IMG/VR virus record: IMGVR_UViG_3300037789_000017
Coordinates: 1 to 30,414 of that record
Direction: 5' to 3' (one strand)
Length of the DNA stretch: 30,414 nt
Origin: a virus
Lineage: Duplodnaviria > Caudoviricetes
Below, piece after piece: positions 1 through 8,676 of the stretch. The position numbers were made by a program, and so were the translations under genes. Under the pieces are notes generated by a model. That model had not been told where the DNA came from and did no database searches. It was given only the letters and a program-made list of their open reading frames with translations. Within the stretch, counting starts at the first letter, position 1. The number at the start of each line of letters is the position of its first letter.

Positions 1-2247
1 ATCGAGCAGCTTGCCTATCGGGTGGATAGCCCGAACGCATCGGAAGCAGACATGACCCGCTTCCTGCAATATCAGTCCCGGCTGGTGGAGACCTCTGCCA
101 ACCTGCGTTCTGTCATCACAGGCGCGGCACAGACGACTGCAGCAGGGCGCATCCGAACGGCTGACGGGATCACTGGGCAGCAGCTTGCTGACGCCGACAT
201 CCTCCGCCAGATGCAGGCCAACATCGACAGCGCAGGCGGTCCAGATGCCATTCGTGCTCTGGCACGTGCAGTACGGGCCAACGGCGGTAGCGCAGGCAAC
301 ATCCTTCGCCTCGCCGAAACCACGCGTCACGGACCCATGGGCTGGCTCAATGAGATCAGGATCAACGGTCTCCTGTCGGGTCCGAAGACCCACATCGTGA
401 ACATGCTGTCGAACGCAGGCAACATGCTCTTGCTCCCGTCTGAGCGGGTCCTTGGCGGCCTTCTTGGCGGTGATCTGCGTACGGCACGTGAAGGTGTCCG
501 CATGTTTGCTGGCATGTCCAACGCTATGCGTGAGAGCTTCCGAGCTTTCCGCCAATCACTGCGTGAAGGTCGCAACATCCTCGATCCAGAGGCGGCGATC
601 CTTGAGGCCAACGGTATTGTGAACCACGCGATCACAAGCAACACCGGCAACCCTGTCCTTGACAACATCGTCAACAGCATGGGGGCAGTGATCCGGGCAC
701 CGTCTCGCCTGCTCATGGCAAGCGACGAGCTGTTCAAGCAGATGAACTATCGGGCGGAAGTCTATGCACGACTGACGACCGAGGCCGGTGACTTGGTGTC
801 CAGCGGGAAACTCCCGCGTGAGCGGGCGGCAAAGTACATCGCTGATCGCATGGAACGAGCGTTCGACCGCCACGGAAGTGCCACCTCGCAAGCTGGTCTC
901 GATCATGCACGTGAGGCTACGTTCACACAGGAGCTTCGCAAAGGAAGTCTCTCACGTGACATTCAGATGGCGACGAACCGTCACCCCGGCCTCAAACTCC
1001 TGATGCCATTTGTGCGCACCCCTACCAACATCATCGTTGCAGGTGTTCAACGGACACCTCTGGTGCGCCGCCTGAGCAAGAACCTGATGGATGACATGCG
1101 CAGTGGTGACCCACGGCGTGTGGCAAGTGCTCGAGGTAAGCTGGCAACAGGCAACCTCATCTGGGGATCGGCCATCCTCGCGGCAATGCAGGGCAAGATC
1201 ACCGGCAACGGCCCGTCCGATCCTGCAGCTCGTGCTCGTCTGCTCGAGACTGGCTGGCGTCCGTACAGTGTGGTGACAGAAAACCCTGATGGGTCTCGCA
1301 CCTACACGGAGTACCGACGTCTTGCGCCTTTCTCCATGTTCTTCGGCCTCGCTGCAGACATTGCAGCAATCTCCGGTGAGTTGGACGAGGCTACCATGGG
1401 TGACATCGCTCTAGCAGCCTCTGTGGCCATGGCAAATAACGTCGCCTCGCAGACCTACCTGCAAGGTATTACGGACGCTGTCGAGGCGTTCAGCGACCCT
1501 GAGCGGTATGCTGGACGATACTTCGCCAACCTGTCTGCCTCCATGCTGCCGTACTCGGCACTCATGCGGGAAGCCAGAAAGCAGGATGACCCTGTCATGC
1601 GTGAGGTCCGTTCCATTGTGGACGCGGCCATGAACACCGTCCCCGGCTTCTCTGAGAACCTGCCAGCACGGCGTTCTTGGGTTACTGGACAGCCTATCAT
1701 CTACCCGACTGGGTGGGGGTCGGACATGGTAAATCCCGTTGGGGCAGCCTTCATGTCTATGGGCAATCCGTTCATGCAGGGTGACTGGGAGCCTGACACG
1801 GTTCTCGACGAGCTTGCAGGCCTTGGCTACAACTTCTCCTCTCCTACGCGGACAGTGGAAGGTGTGGAGCTTACCGGGCACCAGTACGAGCGCCTGCTCG
1901 AGCTGCACGGCACGGTACGCATTGGCCGACGCACGATGTACCAAGCCCTCGAACACCTCATGGGGACACAGGGCTACGACATCGGTCGTGAGCGTTTCGC
2001 TGACACTGACGAGCCATCTGACAACAGGCGCATCGTCGCTGTTCAACGCGTGATCGCAGGCTATCGCCGAGCTGCACGTGAGGCACTCATCCGTGAGGAC
2101 GCCGAATTGCGACAGGCAATCACTGAGGCTCGTCGTGAGTCCATGGCTGCCCGCCGGGGTGTTTACTCCGGTGTCGCGGCAATCGCTGGGAACCGCCCGG
2201 AAGAAGGTGAGTCGATCTACGACAGCCTATCCACGCTGGCCGAGTAA
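1..2247 (+). CDS. Large internal virion (ejection) protein, T7 gp16-like, 5'-truncated
   Basis: Frame is open from base 1 to TAA at 2247. Long Ala/Arg-rich helical protein lying directly upstream of the tail fibre, the gp16 position in T7-like genomes. Call rests mainly on synteny. Confidence 0.7.
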   Translation: MEQLAYRVDSPNASEADMTRFLQYQSRLVETSANLRSVITGAAQTTAAGRIRTADGITGQQLADADILRQMQANIDSAGGPDAIRALARAVRANGGSAGNILRLAETTRHGPMGWLNEIRINGLLSGPKTHIVNMLSNAGNMLLLPSERVLGGLLGGDLRTAREGVRMFAGMSNAMRESFRAFRQSLREGRNILDPEAAILEANGIVNHAITSNTGNPVLDNIVNSMGAVIRAPSRLLMASDELFKQMNYRAEVYARLTTEAGDLVSSGKLPRERAAKYIADRMERAFDRHGSATSQAGLDHAREATFTQELRKGSLSRDIQMATNRHPGLKLLMPFVRTPTNIIVAGVQRTPLVRRLSKNLMDDMRSGDPRRVASARGKLATGNLIWGSAILAAMQGKITGNGPSDPAARARLLETGWRPYSVVTENPDGSRTYTEYRRLAPFSMFFGLAADIAAISGELDEATMGDIALAASVAMANNVASQTYLQGITDAVEAFSDPERYAGRYFANLSASMLPYSALMREARKQDDPVMREVRSIVDAAMNTVPGFSENLPARRSWVTGQPIIYPTGWGSDMVNPVGAAFMSMGNPFMQGDWEPDTVLDELAGLGYNFSSPTRTVEGVELTGHQYERLLELHGTVRIGRRTMYQALEHLMGTQGYDIGRERFADTDEPSDNRRIVAVQRVIAGYRRAAREALIREDAELRQAITEARRESMAARRGVYSGVAAIAGNRPEEGESIYDSLSTLAE

Positions 2248-2313
2248 CCAGAACAACCAAACACACAACTTTGAAAGGGTGCCTGCTACCTAACGGTAGC
2301 GGGTTCTTAACAC

Positions 2314-5043
2314 ATGGCAACACCGTATGTTGAGTACAACGGTGACGGATCGACGTCGCTGTACGTATTCAGTTTTGGGTACATCGAGGCGGACCACGTC
2401 AAAGTCACTGTTGATGGGGCTGATGTACCGTTTACTTGGGTCGGCCCAAGCTCTGTGCAGCTCACTGCAGCACCCGCAAGTGGAACACTTGTGCGTATCT
2501 ACCGCGAGACGCCGCGTGAACGGCTCGTCGATTTCACGGATGGCACCTCTGTCCGCGCTGACGATCTCGACCTTGCGTCAACCCAGATGTTGTACATCTC
2601 CGAAGAAGTCGAGGTCGATGTGTCGGTAGCGCTCCGGCGTGGTGCTGATGGTGCATATGATGCAGGTGGCCTGCGCGTGACGAACGCAGGGGCACCTACT
2701 GAGGACACTGACCTCGCAACTCGAGGTTGGGTGAACACCGCGTTCGACAGTACGCTTGTGCTTGCTCAAGCAGCGCAGGCAGCCGCTGAGGCATCTGCGG
2801 ATGCTGCGTTCGCCGCTTCTGTTGAGGGCCGCAACTTCCCGTCCCGCAGCGCAATCGTCGCGTACCTCGGTGGTCTATCGGCTTCTGAGGCAGCTGCTGT
2901 CCCTGCTGGCGCAGTCTGGGCGTCCCCTGAGTGCAGCTTTTTCAAGCTTCCTGCAGGACATTCCGCGTATGGTCAGGACTACGTCCAAGACCTGCCGGGG
3001 TTCTACCCTTACGGGCGTGTCCACACACCGCAACACTACGGTGCAGCAGGCGACGGAACGACCGACGACACGCTTGCGATCCGAAGCTTGATCGCTGGTG
3101 CGCCATCTGGTGGTCATATCCACTTCGCGGCGGCAGACTCTGGGGTCTACCTTGTGGATGGTCTCGTGACTCCGGGCACGACTGTGTCGATGAGTGCGTT
3201 CATTGTCGACAAACCGCTGACCGTCACTGGTGTAAAGACCGGACTCATCCGCATCAAGGGCGGAGCAGGTGCTAGCTTCTTCGATGCAGGCACACGCGGT
3301 AATGTCTTCCTTCTGGACAGCTCGGACATCATGTTCCTCGGGGTCCACATGGACCTGAACACCGACAACCTCTACGGAACAGAGATCGACGGTACGCGTT
3401 ACTACGCGGAGAATGCTGCAGGAGATGCTTCCATCGGCGTCACCGGCGTGAAGCTGTATCGTTCCGACTTTACTGCCCACACCACGAACGTCATCGTGGA
3501 GCGTTGTCAGTTCTACCGCGTGTCGTTTGCTGCTGTGTCCCTCAGTGGGCGCAAGCTCGAAACAGGCGCACCGGACCCAATCGCGTACTACAACGATAAC
3601 ATCTTCGACACCGCAGGTACGATCTCCAACTGCCACGTCCGGTATAACTACACGGAAGGCGGTCAGCGTAGTACCCTTGTGCTCACCGGAGGTGCACGTC
3701 ACTGCACGATGAACAACAACTTCTGCTACAACGCACACTGGGCCGCTGTTCGGCTGTATCTGATGTGCTACGCGTGTCAGATGAACGACAACTACGTCAT
3801 GTACGATGGCGCGACAGTCGATCCTACTCTCGTCCAGACAGATGAACTCGCTATCGAGCGCCCCGGAAACATTCTCCCGAGGCTTCTCCGCATCGGTCAC
3901 GGGAGCAGGCTAGCTGGTACAGTGCGGTACTGTGAGGCCCGCAACAACCGTCTCGTCGTCGTTAATACTGACGCGCTTGACGACAGCCTGACTGACGCCA
4001 CTATCCCTCTCGGACGCGTTGTTCTTCGTATGGAGAATGGCACAGAAGGGAACGTAATCGAGGGCAACGTCATCTCTGGCAGTGCGAAGATCGCTGCGTG
4101 GATTGGTCAAAGCACAGGCACGAGCTTCTGTTTCAACCACCTCTACGGCGCTGACTACGACGGTCAGTTCCAACGTGGGCTTGTCTTCGGCGGTGACCAG
4201 ACCGGCGGTAAATTCAACGGCAACACTGTCAACGGGTTCACACGCGGGATCACAACTGACACCACAGAGACGCTCGACAACTGTCAGATCAATGAAAATG
4301 ACATGACAGGAAACAGCGTTGACGTGCGTCTTGAAGGTGCCTTCAACAACTCCGAGTTCATGCGGAACAAGGGCACGGGCGCAGGGACACTCCTGAGCTT
4401 GACTGGTACAGGCTCTGGCAATGACATCAGCTACAACAACGGCGTATGCACGACCGATGTCATCTTTGCTTCTGGTATCCAAGACAGTCGCTTCAAGGCC
4501 AACAGAGGAAGTGGTTACTCCGGCTACGGAGCACACCTGCACGGTAACTGCACCGGCTCGTCCGTGTCCGATAGCTTCTTCCGCTCCGCTTCTGGGACGG
4601 CTGGGGTGAACATCTCCGACGCCGCATCTGTCGGTGTTCGCGTGTTCAACAATGACTTGCTTGGTTCTGGTACTGACCAGTTCTTGGACAGCGGTACAGA
4701 CACTGAGTCTGACATCTGGGCGTCACTTGCTGACGGTCAGGTTGTACGTCTTCCGGGCGGTCTTCAAGTGTGTACCCGTCAGGTTGAGTTCGACACCGCT
4801 TTGGCGTCCACTCCTGTCTCGTTTGCGTATCCGAAAGGGTTCAACGGGACCGTGCTGTTCTCCAGCGCTAACGTGGAGGAAGGTGTTGGCGGTGCAAACG
4901 TCGGGGCTATCAACTCTCTCCACCAGACGCTCACGTGTGAGACAACCACCTCAGCGTGGAAGATCCGCGCGTCATCCTACACCGGAGGTGATATTGGCAC
5001 CATGACCGTCAAGCTGTTCGCCATCGGCGTTTCCAATCCGTAA
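2314..5043 (+). CDS. Tail fibre/tailspike with T7 gp17-like N-terminal anchor and beta-helix (pectate-lyase-like) body
   Basis: N-terminus 'YNGDGSTSLYVFSFGYIEADHVKVTVDG...VRIYRETP...VDFTDG' resembles the gp17 N-terminal domain. 'PQHYGAAGDGTTDDTLAI' is the usual beta-helix start motif, followed by Asn/Gly-rich repeats and a C-terminal 'RLPGGLQVC...YPKGF...FAIG' module. Confidence 0.9.
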   Translation: MATPYVEYNGDGSTSLYVFSFGYIEADHVKVTVDGADVPFTWVGPSSVQLTAAPASGTLVRIYRETPRERLVDFTDGTSVRADDLDLASTQMLYISEEVEVDVSVALRRGADGAYDAGGLRVTNAGAPTEDTDLATRGWVNTAFDSTLVLAQAAQAAAEASADAAFAASVEGRNFPSRSAIVAYLGGLSASEAAAVPAGAVWASPECSFFKLPAGHSAYGQDYVQDLPGFYPYGRVHTPQHYGAAGDGTTDDTLAIRSLIAGAPSGGHIHFAAADSGVYLVDGLVTPGTTVSMSAFIVDKPLTVTGVKTGLIRIKGGAGASFFDAGTRGNVFLLDSSDIMFLGVHMDLNTDNLYGTEIDGTRYYAENAAGDASIGVTGVKLYRSDFTAHTTNVIVERCQFYRVSFAAVSLSGRKLETGAPDPIAYYNDNIFDTAGTISNCHVRYNYTEGGQRSTLVLTGGARHCTMNNNFCYNAHWAAVRLYLMCYACQMNDNYVMYDGATVDPTLVQTDELAIERPGNILPRLLRIGHGSRLAGTVRYCEARNNRLVVVNTDALDDSLTDATIPLGRVVLRMENGTEGNVIEGNVISGSAKIAAWIGQSTGTSFCFNHLYGADYDGQFQRGLVFGGDQTGGKFNGNTVNGFTRGITTDTTETLDNCQINENDMTGNSVDVRLEGAFNNSEFMRNKGTGAGTLLSLTGTGSGNDISYNNGVCTTDVIFASGIQDSRFKANRGSGYSGYGAHLHGNCTGSSVSDSFFRSASGTAGVNISDAASVGVRVFNNDLLGSGTDQFLDSGTDTESDIWASLADGQVVRLPGGLQVCTRQVEFDTALASTPVSFAYPKGFNGTVLFSSANVEEGVGGANVGAINSLHQTLTCETTTSAWKIRASSYTGGDIGTMTVKLFAIGVSNP

Positions 5044-5056
5044 GGAGACCCCCACA

Positions 5057-5239
5057 GTGAACGATAGAGACGTAGCCGACGTGGCAGCCTTAGGTGCTGC
5101 CATCGGCTCTCAGATTGATTGGCTGCCTGTAGTCGTGACCACGGTTGCAGGTGTTCTGGCTATAATCTGGACGTGTATCCGCATCTACGAATGGGTGCGG
5201 TTCCGTCTGCTCGGCAAGGAAGGAGACCCATACCTATGA
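5057..5239 (+). CDS. Putative holin (T7 gp17.5 position)
   Basis: 60 aa, GTG start with SD TAAGGAG, a hydrophobic TM segment and charged C-terminus; lies between tail fibre and terminase. Confidence 0.7.
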   Translation: MNDRDVADVAALGAAIGSQIDWLPVVVTTVAGVLAIIWTCIRIYEWVRFRLLGKEGDPYL

Positions 5240-5463
5240 GCCGTGCGACCGAAGACCTGATGGCGGCACTTCACGGTGCCCTCGCAGAAGAGATGATGGA
5301 CCGTCTGAAGTCCGGGCAGGCTACCCCGTCCGACCTCAACGCCATTCGACAGTTCCTCAAGGACAATGGCATCAACGCCGATGGTGCAAAAGACCCGGCG
5401 ATCAAATCCCTCGCGGATGACCTGCCTGACCTTGGAAACGTGACCCCTCTCTACGGCGGCTGA
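5236..5463 (+). CDS. Terminase small subunit (T7 gp18-like)
   Basis: ATG at 5236 overlaps the holin stop, SD AAGGAG. 'ATEDLMAALHG...ATPSDLNAIRQFLKDNGI' resembles gp18-like proteins. Confidence 0.85.
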   Translation: MSRATEDLMAALHGALAEEMMDRLKSGQATPSDLNAIRQFLKDNGINADGAKDPAIKSLADDLPDLGNVTPLYGG

Positions 5464-5474
5464 GAAGCCGTACC

Positions 5475-5530
5475 ACAGGCCTGAACGGGTTCTCTGGGGC
5501 AACCACACCCTAGAGACCCTTTAGGCCTGT
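5475..5530 (+). other. Long intergenic hairpin, candidate RNase III processing site
   Basis: ACAGGCCTGAA/TTTAGGCCTGT outer arms with an inner GGGTTCTCTGGGG/CCCTAGAGACCC stem and no U-tract. Similar position to T7 R18.5. Confidence 0.5.
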
Positions 5531-5562
5531 CCTGAGCTTCTCCAGCCCGCATAGGAGCCTTT

Positions 5563-7338
5563 ATGAGCCTAGAGAAAGACACGCCGTGGTGGCGTGAAGA
5601 ATACCCTGAGAAGGATTGGAAGATTTTTGAGGACTTCCGGTACTTCTTGATCCTCGTGTGGCGGCACCTCCTCCTCCCTGACCCGACATGGGTACAGATG
5701 GACATCGCCACATACCTCCAACACGGGCCACGACGCCTTATCATCGAGGCGTTCCGTGGCGTCGGCAAGAGCTGGATCACATCAGCATACGTGTGCTGGC
5801 GGCTCCTGCGTAACCCTCAGCTCAAGTTCATGGTGGTCTCGGCCTCCAAGGATCGTGCTGACCAGTTCTCGATCTTCACACAGCGTCTCATCAGTGAGAT
5901 GCCGATCCTCCAACACCTCCAGCCCCGTCCTGAGCAACGAAGCTCGATGATCGCCTTCGATGTCGGCCCCGCCAAAGCAGACCATTCCCCATCGGTGAAA
6001 TCCGTGGGCATCTTCGGTCAGCTCACTGGCTCCCGCGCTGACGAGATCATTGGCGACGACGTGGAGGTCCCCAACAACTCCGAGACCCAAGGCCAACGTG
6101 ACAAGCTGGCAGAGCGTGTGAAGGAGTTCGACGCCGTGCTCAAGCCCGGTGGACGCATCAAGTACCTCGGCACCCCGCAGACCGAGGAGAGCCTGTACAA
6201 CGAGCTGCCCAACCGTGGCTATGCTGTGCGTATCTGGCCTGCCCGCCTGCCTGCCAAGGACGTTCTCGCTACGAGCTACGGCGACCGGCTGGCACCGAGC
6301 ATCGTGGCCATGCTGGAAGACGGAGACTCTCCACGTGCTCCCGTCGATCCTACTCGCTTCGATGACGACGACCTCCTCGAGCGGGAGATGTCCTATGGAC
6401 GCTCAGGCTTTGCCTTGCAGTTCATGCTCGACACGAGGCTCTCTGATGCCGACAAGTATCCGCTCAAGCTGTCCGACCTCATCGTCACGTCCCTCAACGT
6501 GGACACAGCCCCTGAGCGCCTGATCTGGTCTGCTGATCCTCAGTACAGACTGCAGGAACTCCAGTGCGTCGGCCTCAATGGCGACCGCTACCACCGCCCA
6601 GCGGCAACGCCCGGTGATTGGGTGAAGTACGAGGGCAGCGTCATCGCTATCGACCCCTCTGGTCGGGGCAAGGACGAGACCACCTACGCTGTGGTCAAGA
6701 TGCTCAACGGCTTCCTCTTCGTGACGGAGGCTGGTGGTATGCAGGGTGGCTACGACGACCACGTCATGGACGCCCTCGCACAGATCGCCAAGCGTAACAA
6801 GTGCAACCTCGGGATCATCGAGAGCAACTTCGGTGACGGCATGTTCACCAAGCTCTTCACTCCGCACCTCAAGAAGGCCGGATACCCCATGACCCTCGAG
6901 GAGGTCCGCTCCAACCAGCAGAAGGAGAAGCGGATCATCGACACACTCGAGCCTGTCATGAACCAGCACAGGCTTGTCGTCTGTCCCAGCGTGATCAAAC
7001 ACGACCAGCAGTCAGTCAGGGACTACCCGCCTGAGCAAGCGCTCAAGCGACAGCTCATGTACCAGATGAGCAGGCTGACGAAAGAGCGTGGCTCACTCGC
7101 ATACGACGACCGTGTAGACGCTCTGGCTATGGCCGTGGCTTACTGGGTCGAGCAGATGGGTCAGGACGAGGAGCAGAAGGCTGCAGAACGTAGCTCCCGC
7201 ATCCTCGAAGCTGAACTGGCGCTCTGGCACGGTGAAGTAGGCCTCAGCTTGGACGCTCTGGCTATGGGTGCAAGCCCTGAAAAGGCCATGGAAATTGCCA
7301 TGAATGAAGGCTCAGGAGGCCTCTGGGCAAGTACCTGA
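5563..7338 (+). CDS. terL: Terminase large subunit (T7 gp19-like)
   Basis: Walker A 'AFRGVGKS', 'GQLTGSRAD...DDVE', nuclease 'IDPSGRGKDET' and 'DDRVDALA' motifs. Confidence 0.96.
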   Translation: MSLEKDTPWWREEYPEKDWKIFEDFRYFLILVWRHLLLPDPTWVQMDIATYLQHGPRRLIIEAFRGVGKSWITSAYVCWRLLRNPQLKFMVVSASKDRADQFSIFTQRLISEMPILQHLQPRPEQRSSMIAFDVGPAKADHSPSVKSVGIFGQLTGSRADEIIGDDVEVPNNSETQGQRDKLAERVKEFDAVLKPGGRIKYLGTPQTEESLYNELPNRGYAVRIWPARLPAKDVLATSYGDRLAPSIVAMLEDGDSPRAPVDPTRFDDDDLLEREMSYGRSGFALQFMLDTRLSDADKYPLKLSDLIVTSLNVDTAPERLIWSADPQYRLQELQCVGLNGDRYHRPAATPGDWVKYEGSVIAIDPSGRGKDETTYAVVKMLNGFLFVTEAGGMQGGYDDHVMDALAQIAKRNKCNLGIIESNFGDGMFTKLFTPHLKKAGYPMTLEEVRSNQQKEKRIIDTLEPVMNQHRLVVCPSVIKHDQQSVRDYPPEQALKRQLMYQMSRLTKERGSLAYDDRVDALAMAVAYWVEQMGQDEEQKAAERSSRILEAELALWHGEVGLSLDALAMGASPEKAMEIAMNEGSGGLWAST

Positions 7339-7354
7339 TAACATGGGGAAATAA

Positions 7355-7372
7355 TTGGGTTCCACCATTGTA
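7355..7372 (+). promoter_or_regulatory. Putative phage RNAP promoter (phiOR-like, right end)
   Basis: TTGGGTTCCACCATTGTA; one of 8 copies of consensus TTRRGKBCCACCATTGCA. Confidence 0.7.
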
Positions 7373-7384
7373 AATGGGCTATAC

Positions 7385-7615
7385 CTATAGCTATGCAGTG
7401 GTGGGGCCTGAGCTTGTGGCTGAAGCTCCCCCTGTCCTCGTGTAAGACCATCATGGACAGGTAGAAGCTGAAGCCAAGCTGTGCCCGCCCCTACTCGAGG
7501 ATGATGGTATCCTCCTCTCCTAGGGGCACATAGCAAGAGGAAAGTTGAGGCTAGGGTTAGGTTGTAGCTTGAGCTTGACCTGTAGTGGATAGCATGAGCT
7601 TGACCACCAGCTCGT
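7385..7615. repeat. AGCT-rich short-repeat tract (right-end SRR-like)
   Basis: About 9 AGCT tetramers in ~230 non-coding bp, including GCTGAAGCT 7419-7427 and AGAAGCTGAAGC 7463-7474. Confidence 0.6.
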
Positions 7616-7941
7616 ACCCGTCCCAGTGGTCTCCCAACCCCGTTGGTTTTGGGCCAAACTTGTGATCGCCCTACCGCTATATTGGTTGCCGCGCTTTCCC
7701 CCCATAGGGTGGGCCGTCGCTCACACCGCAGGAAAAGCATGGTCTGACAGGGGGGGTGTGCAACAAATGGCAACCCTGCCCACGTCAAGCCCAATGAAAC
7801 AAGGGTTTTGCGCAAGATGGTGCATCTAATCATGCAACATTCACGTGCTATTTCTTGTGAGTTTGTGTAGATCGTACGCTATGTGCAAAGTAGTTTAATG
7901 GTTGAACCATCTGTATTTGATCCATATATCCTTTTCATCCT

Positions 7942-8009
7942 TAGTGTCTAGCATACGCTAACTCACATGCTTCCACGCCCTGACATAGTGTCTAGCACAC
8001 GCTATCTCA
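7942..8009 (+). repeat. Imperfect 24-bp direct repeat (left-end SRL-like)
   Basis: TAGTGTCTAGCATACGCTAACTCA (7942-7965) and TAGTGTCTAGCACACGCTATCTCA (7986-8009), 2 mismatches. Confidence 0.75.
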
Positions 8010-8193
8010 TCCGCTCGTAGCATCCGAACCAGCCCGCCACACGCGCTCACGCATACGCGCACGCACGAGCTATCCACGGGGGAAATGCAAGGTTGCATAG
8101 GTCTAGCTGTTGCTGGACCACGGCAAGGCACAGCATAAAACCTAAGCAAAACAGCGGCTTACAAGAAAAATGCACCTAGATGCAAAAAAGGTG

Positions 8194-8222
8194 TTTACAT
8201 CTCGTTCGCCAAGCTGCATAAC
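8194..8222 (+). promoter_or_regulatory. Host sigma70-type early promoter
   Basis: -35 TTTACA (8194-8199), 17-bp spacer, -10 CATAAC (8217-8222), with A-tracts upstream resembling an UP element. A -10 lacking the final T is common in alphaproteobacteria. Confidence 0.65.
8208..8220 (-). promoter_or_regulatory. Putative operator TATGCAGnnTGGC overlapping the early promoter
   Basis: Reverse complement reads TATGCAGCTTGGC; the same motif recurs at 6738, 9438, 12509 and 16611. Confidence 0.55.
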
Positions 8223-8228
8223 TGTCTT

Positions 8229-8600
8229 ACCGAAACGACGGGGCGCCACGCTCCACCGGGTCGGGATTCCGAGGGGCCTGAGCGCAAGCCCGCCCTGAGG
8301 TGGCAACCGGTGCGGCAAGCAAGGCCCGGCGGGAAGGCCCTTCGATATGGCCCGAGATAGGTGGAAGGCCTTACGCGGTTCAAGGCGGGGTGACCTGCAG
8401 GATACGCGGCAGACATAGCGGGACGAACCCGCACCATAGCAGGGGCCAGCCGCCCGAAGACATATCACCGGCTGGGCGTCGAAACCGAACGCGGCATTTG
8501 AAGCAAAGTGTCGCCCAGAGGGACTAGGCGCAGGGGAGTGGGACCGCCTTGATAGGGGCATCCACAATGGCCATGCAGAGCCGCTTCCACTTGTTCGGTC
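8229..8600 (+). ncRNA. Putative large structured leader RNA of unknown class
   Basis: No credible ORF. Nested complementary segments: 8361-8366/8585-8590, 8375-8379/8580-8584, 8380-8388/8544-8552, 8394-8398/8439-8443, 8418-8422/8428-8432, 8446-8452/8469-8475, 8512-8515/8527-8530, 8254-8259/8307-8312. The 5' end is inferred from the promoter. Confidence 0.55.
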
Positions 8601-8665
8601 CAGAGCTATGCCATGTGGCATTTGTCGCTCTGCTGATGAGGCCCAGAAGGCCGAAACCGAACAAG
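8590..8665 (+). ncRNA. Hammerhead ribozyme, type III (cleavage after C8600)
   Basis: Stem III CTTGTTCGG 8590-8598/CCGAACAAG 8657-8665; GUC site; stem I CAGAGC 8601-8606/GCTCTG 8627-8632; core CTGATGA 8633-8639; stem II GGCC/GGCC; GAAA 8653-8656. Confidence 0.93.
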
Positions 8666-8676
8666 GGGAGAGACCC

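Noticed and set aside
7520-8149. Short ORFs in the genome-end region
   Set aside because: No SD, atypical composition, and they overlap repeat tracts.
8454-8490. CCGAAGA...CGAAAC resembling a third hammerhead core
   Set aside because: Core deviates from CUGANGA, the stem II closing pair is C-C and no stem I partner was found. Kept only as a possible decoy strand.
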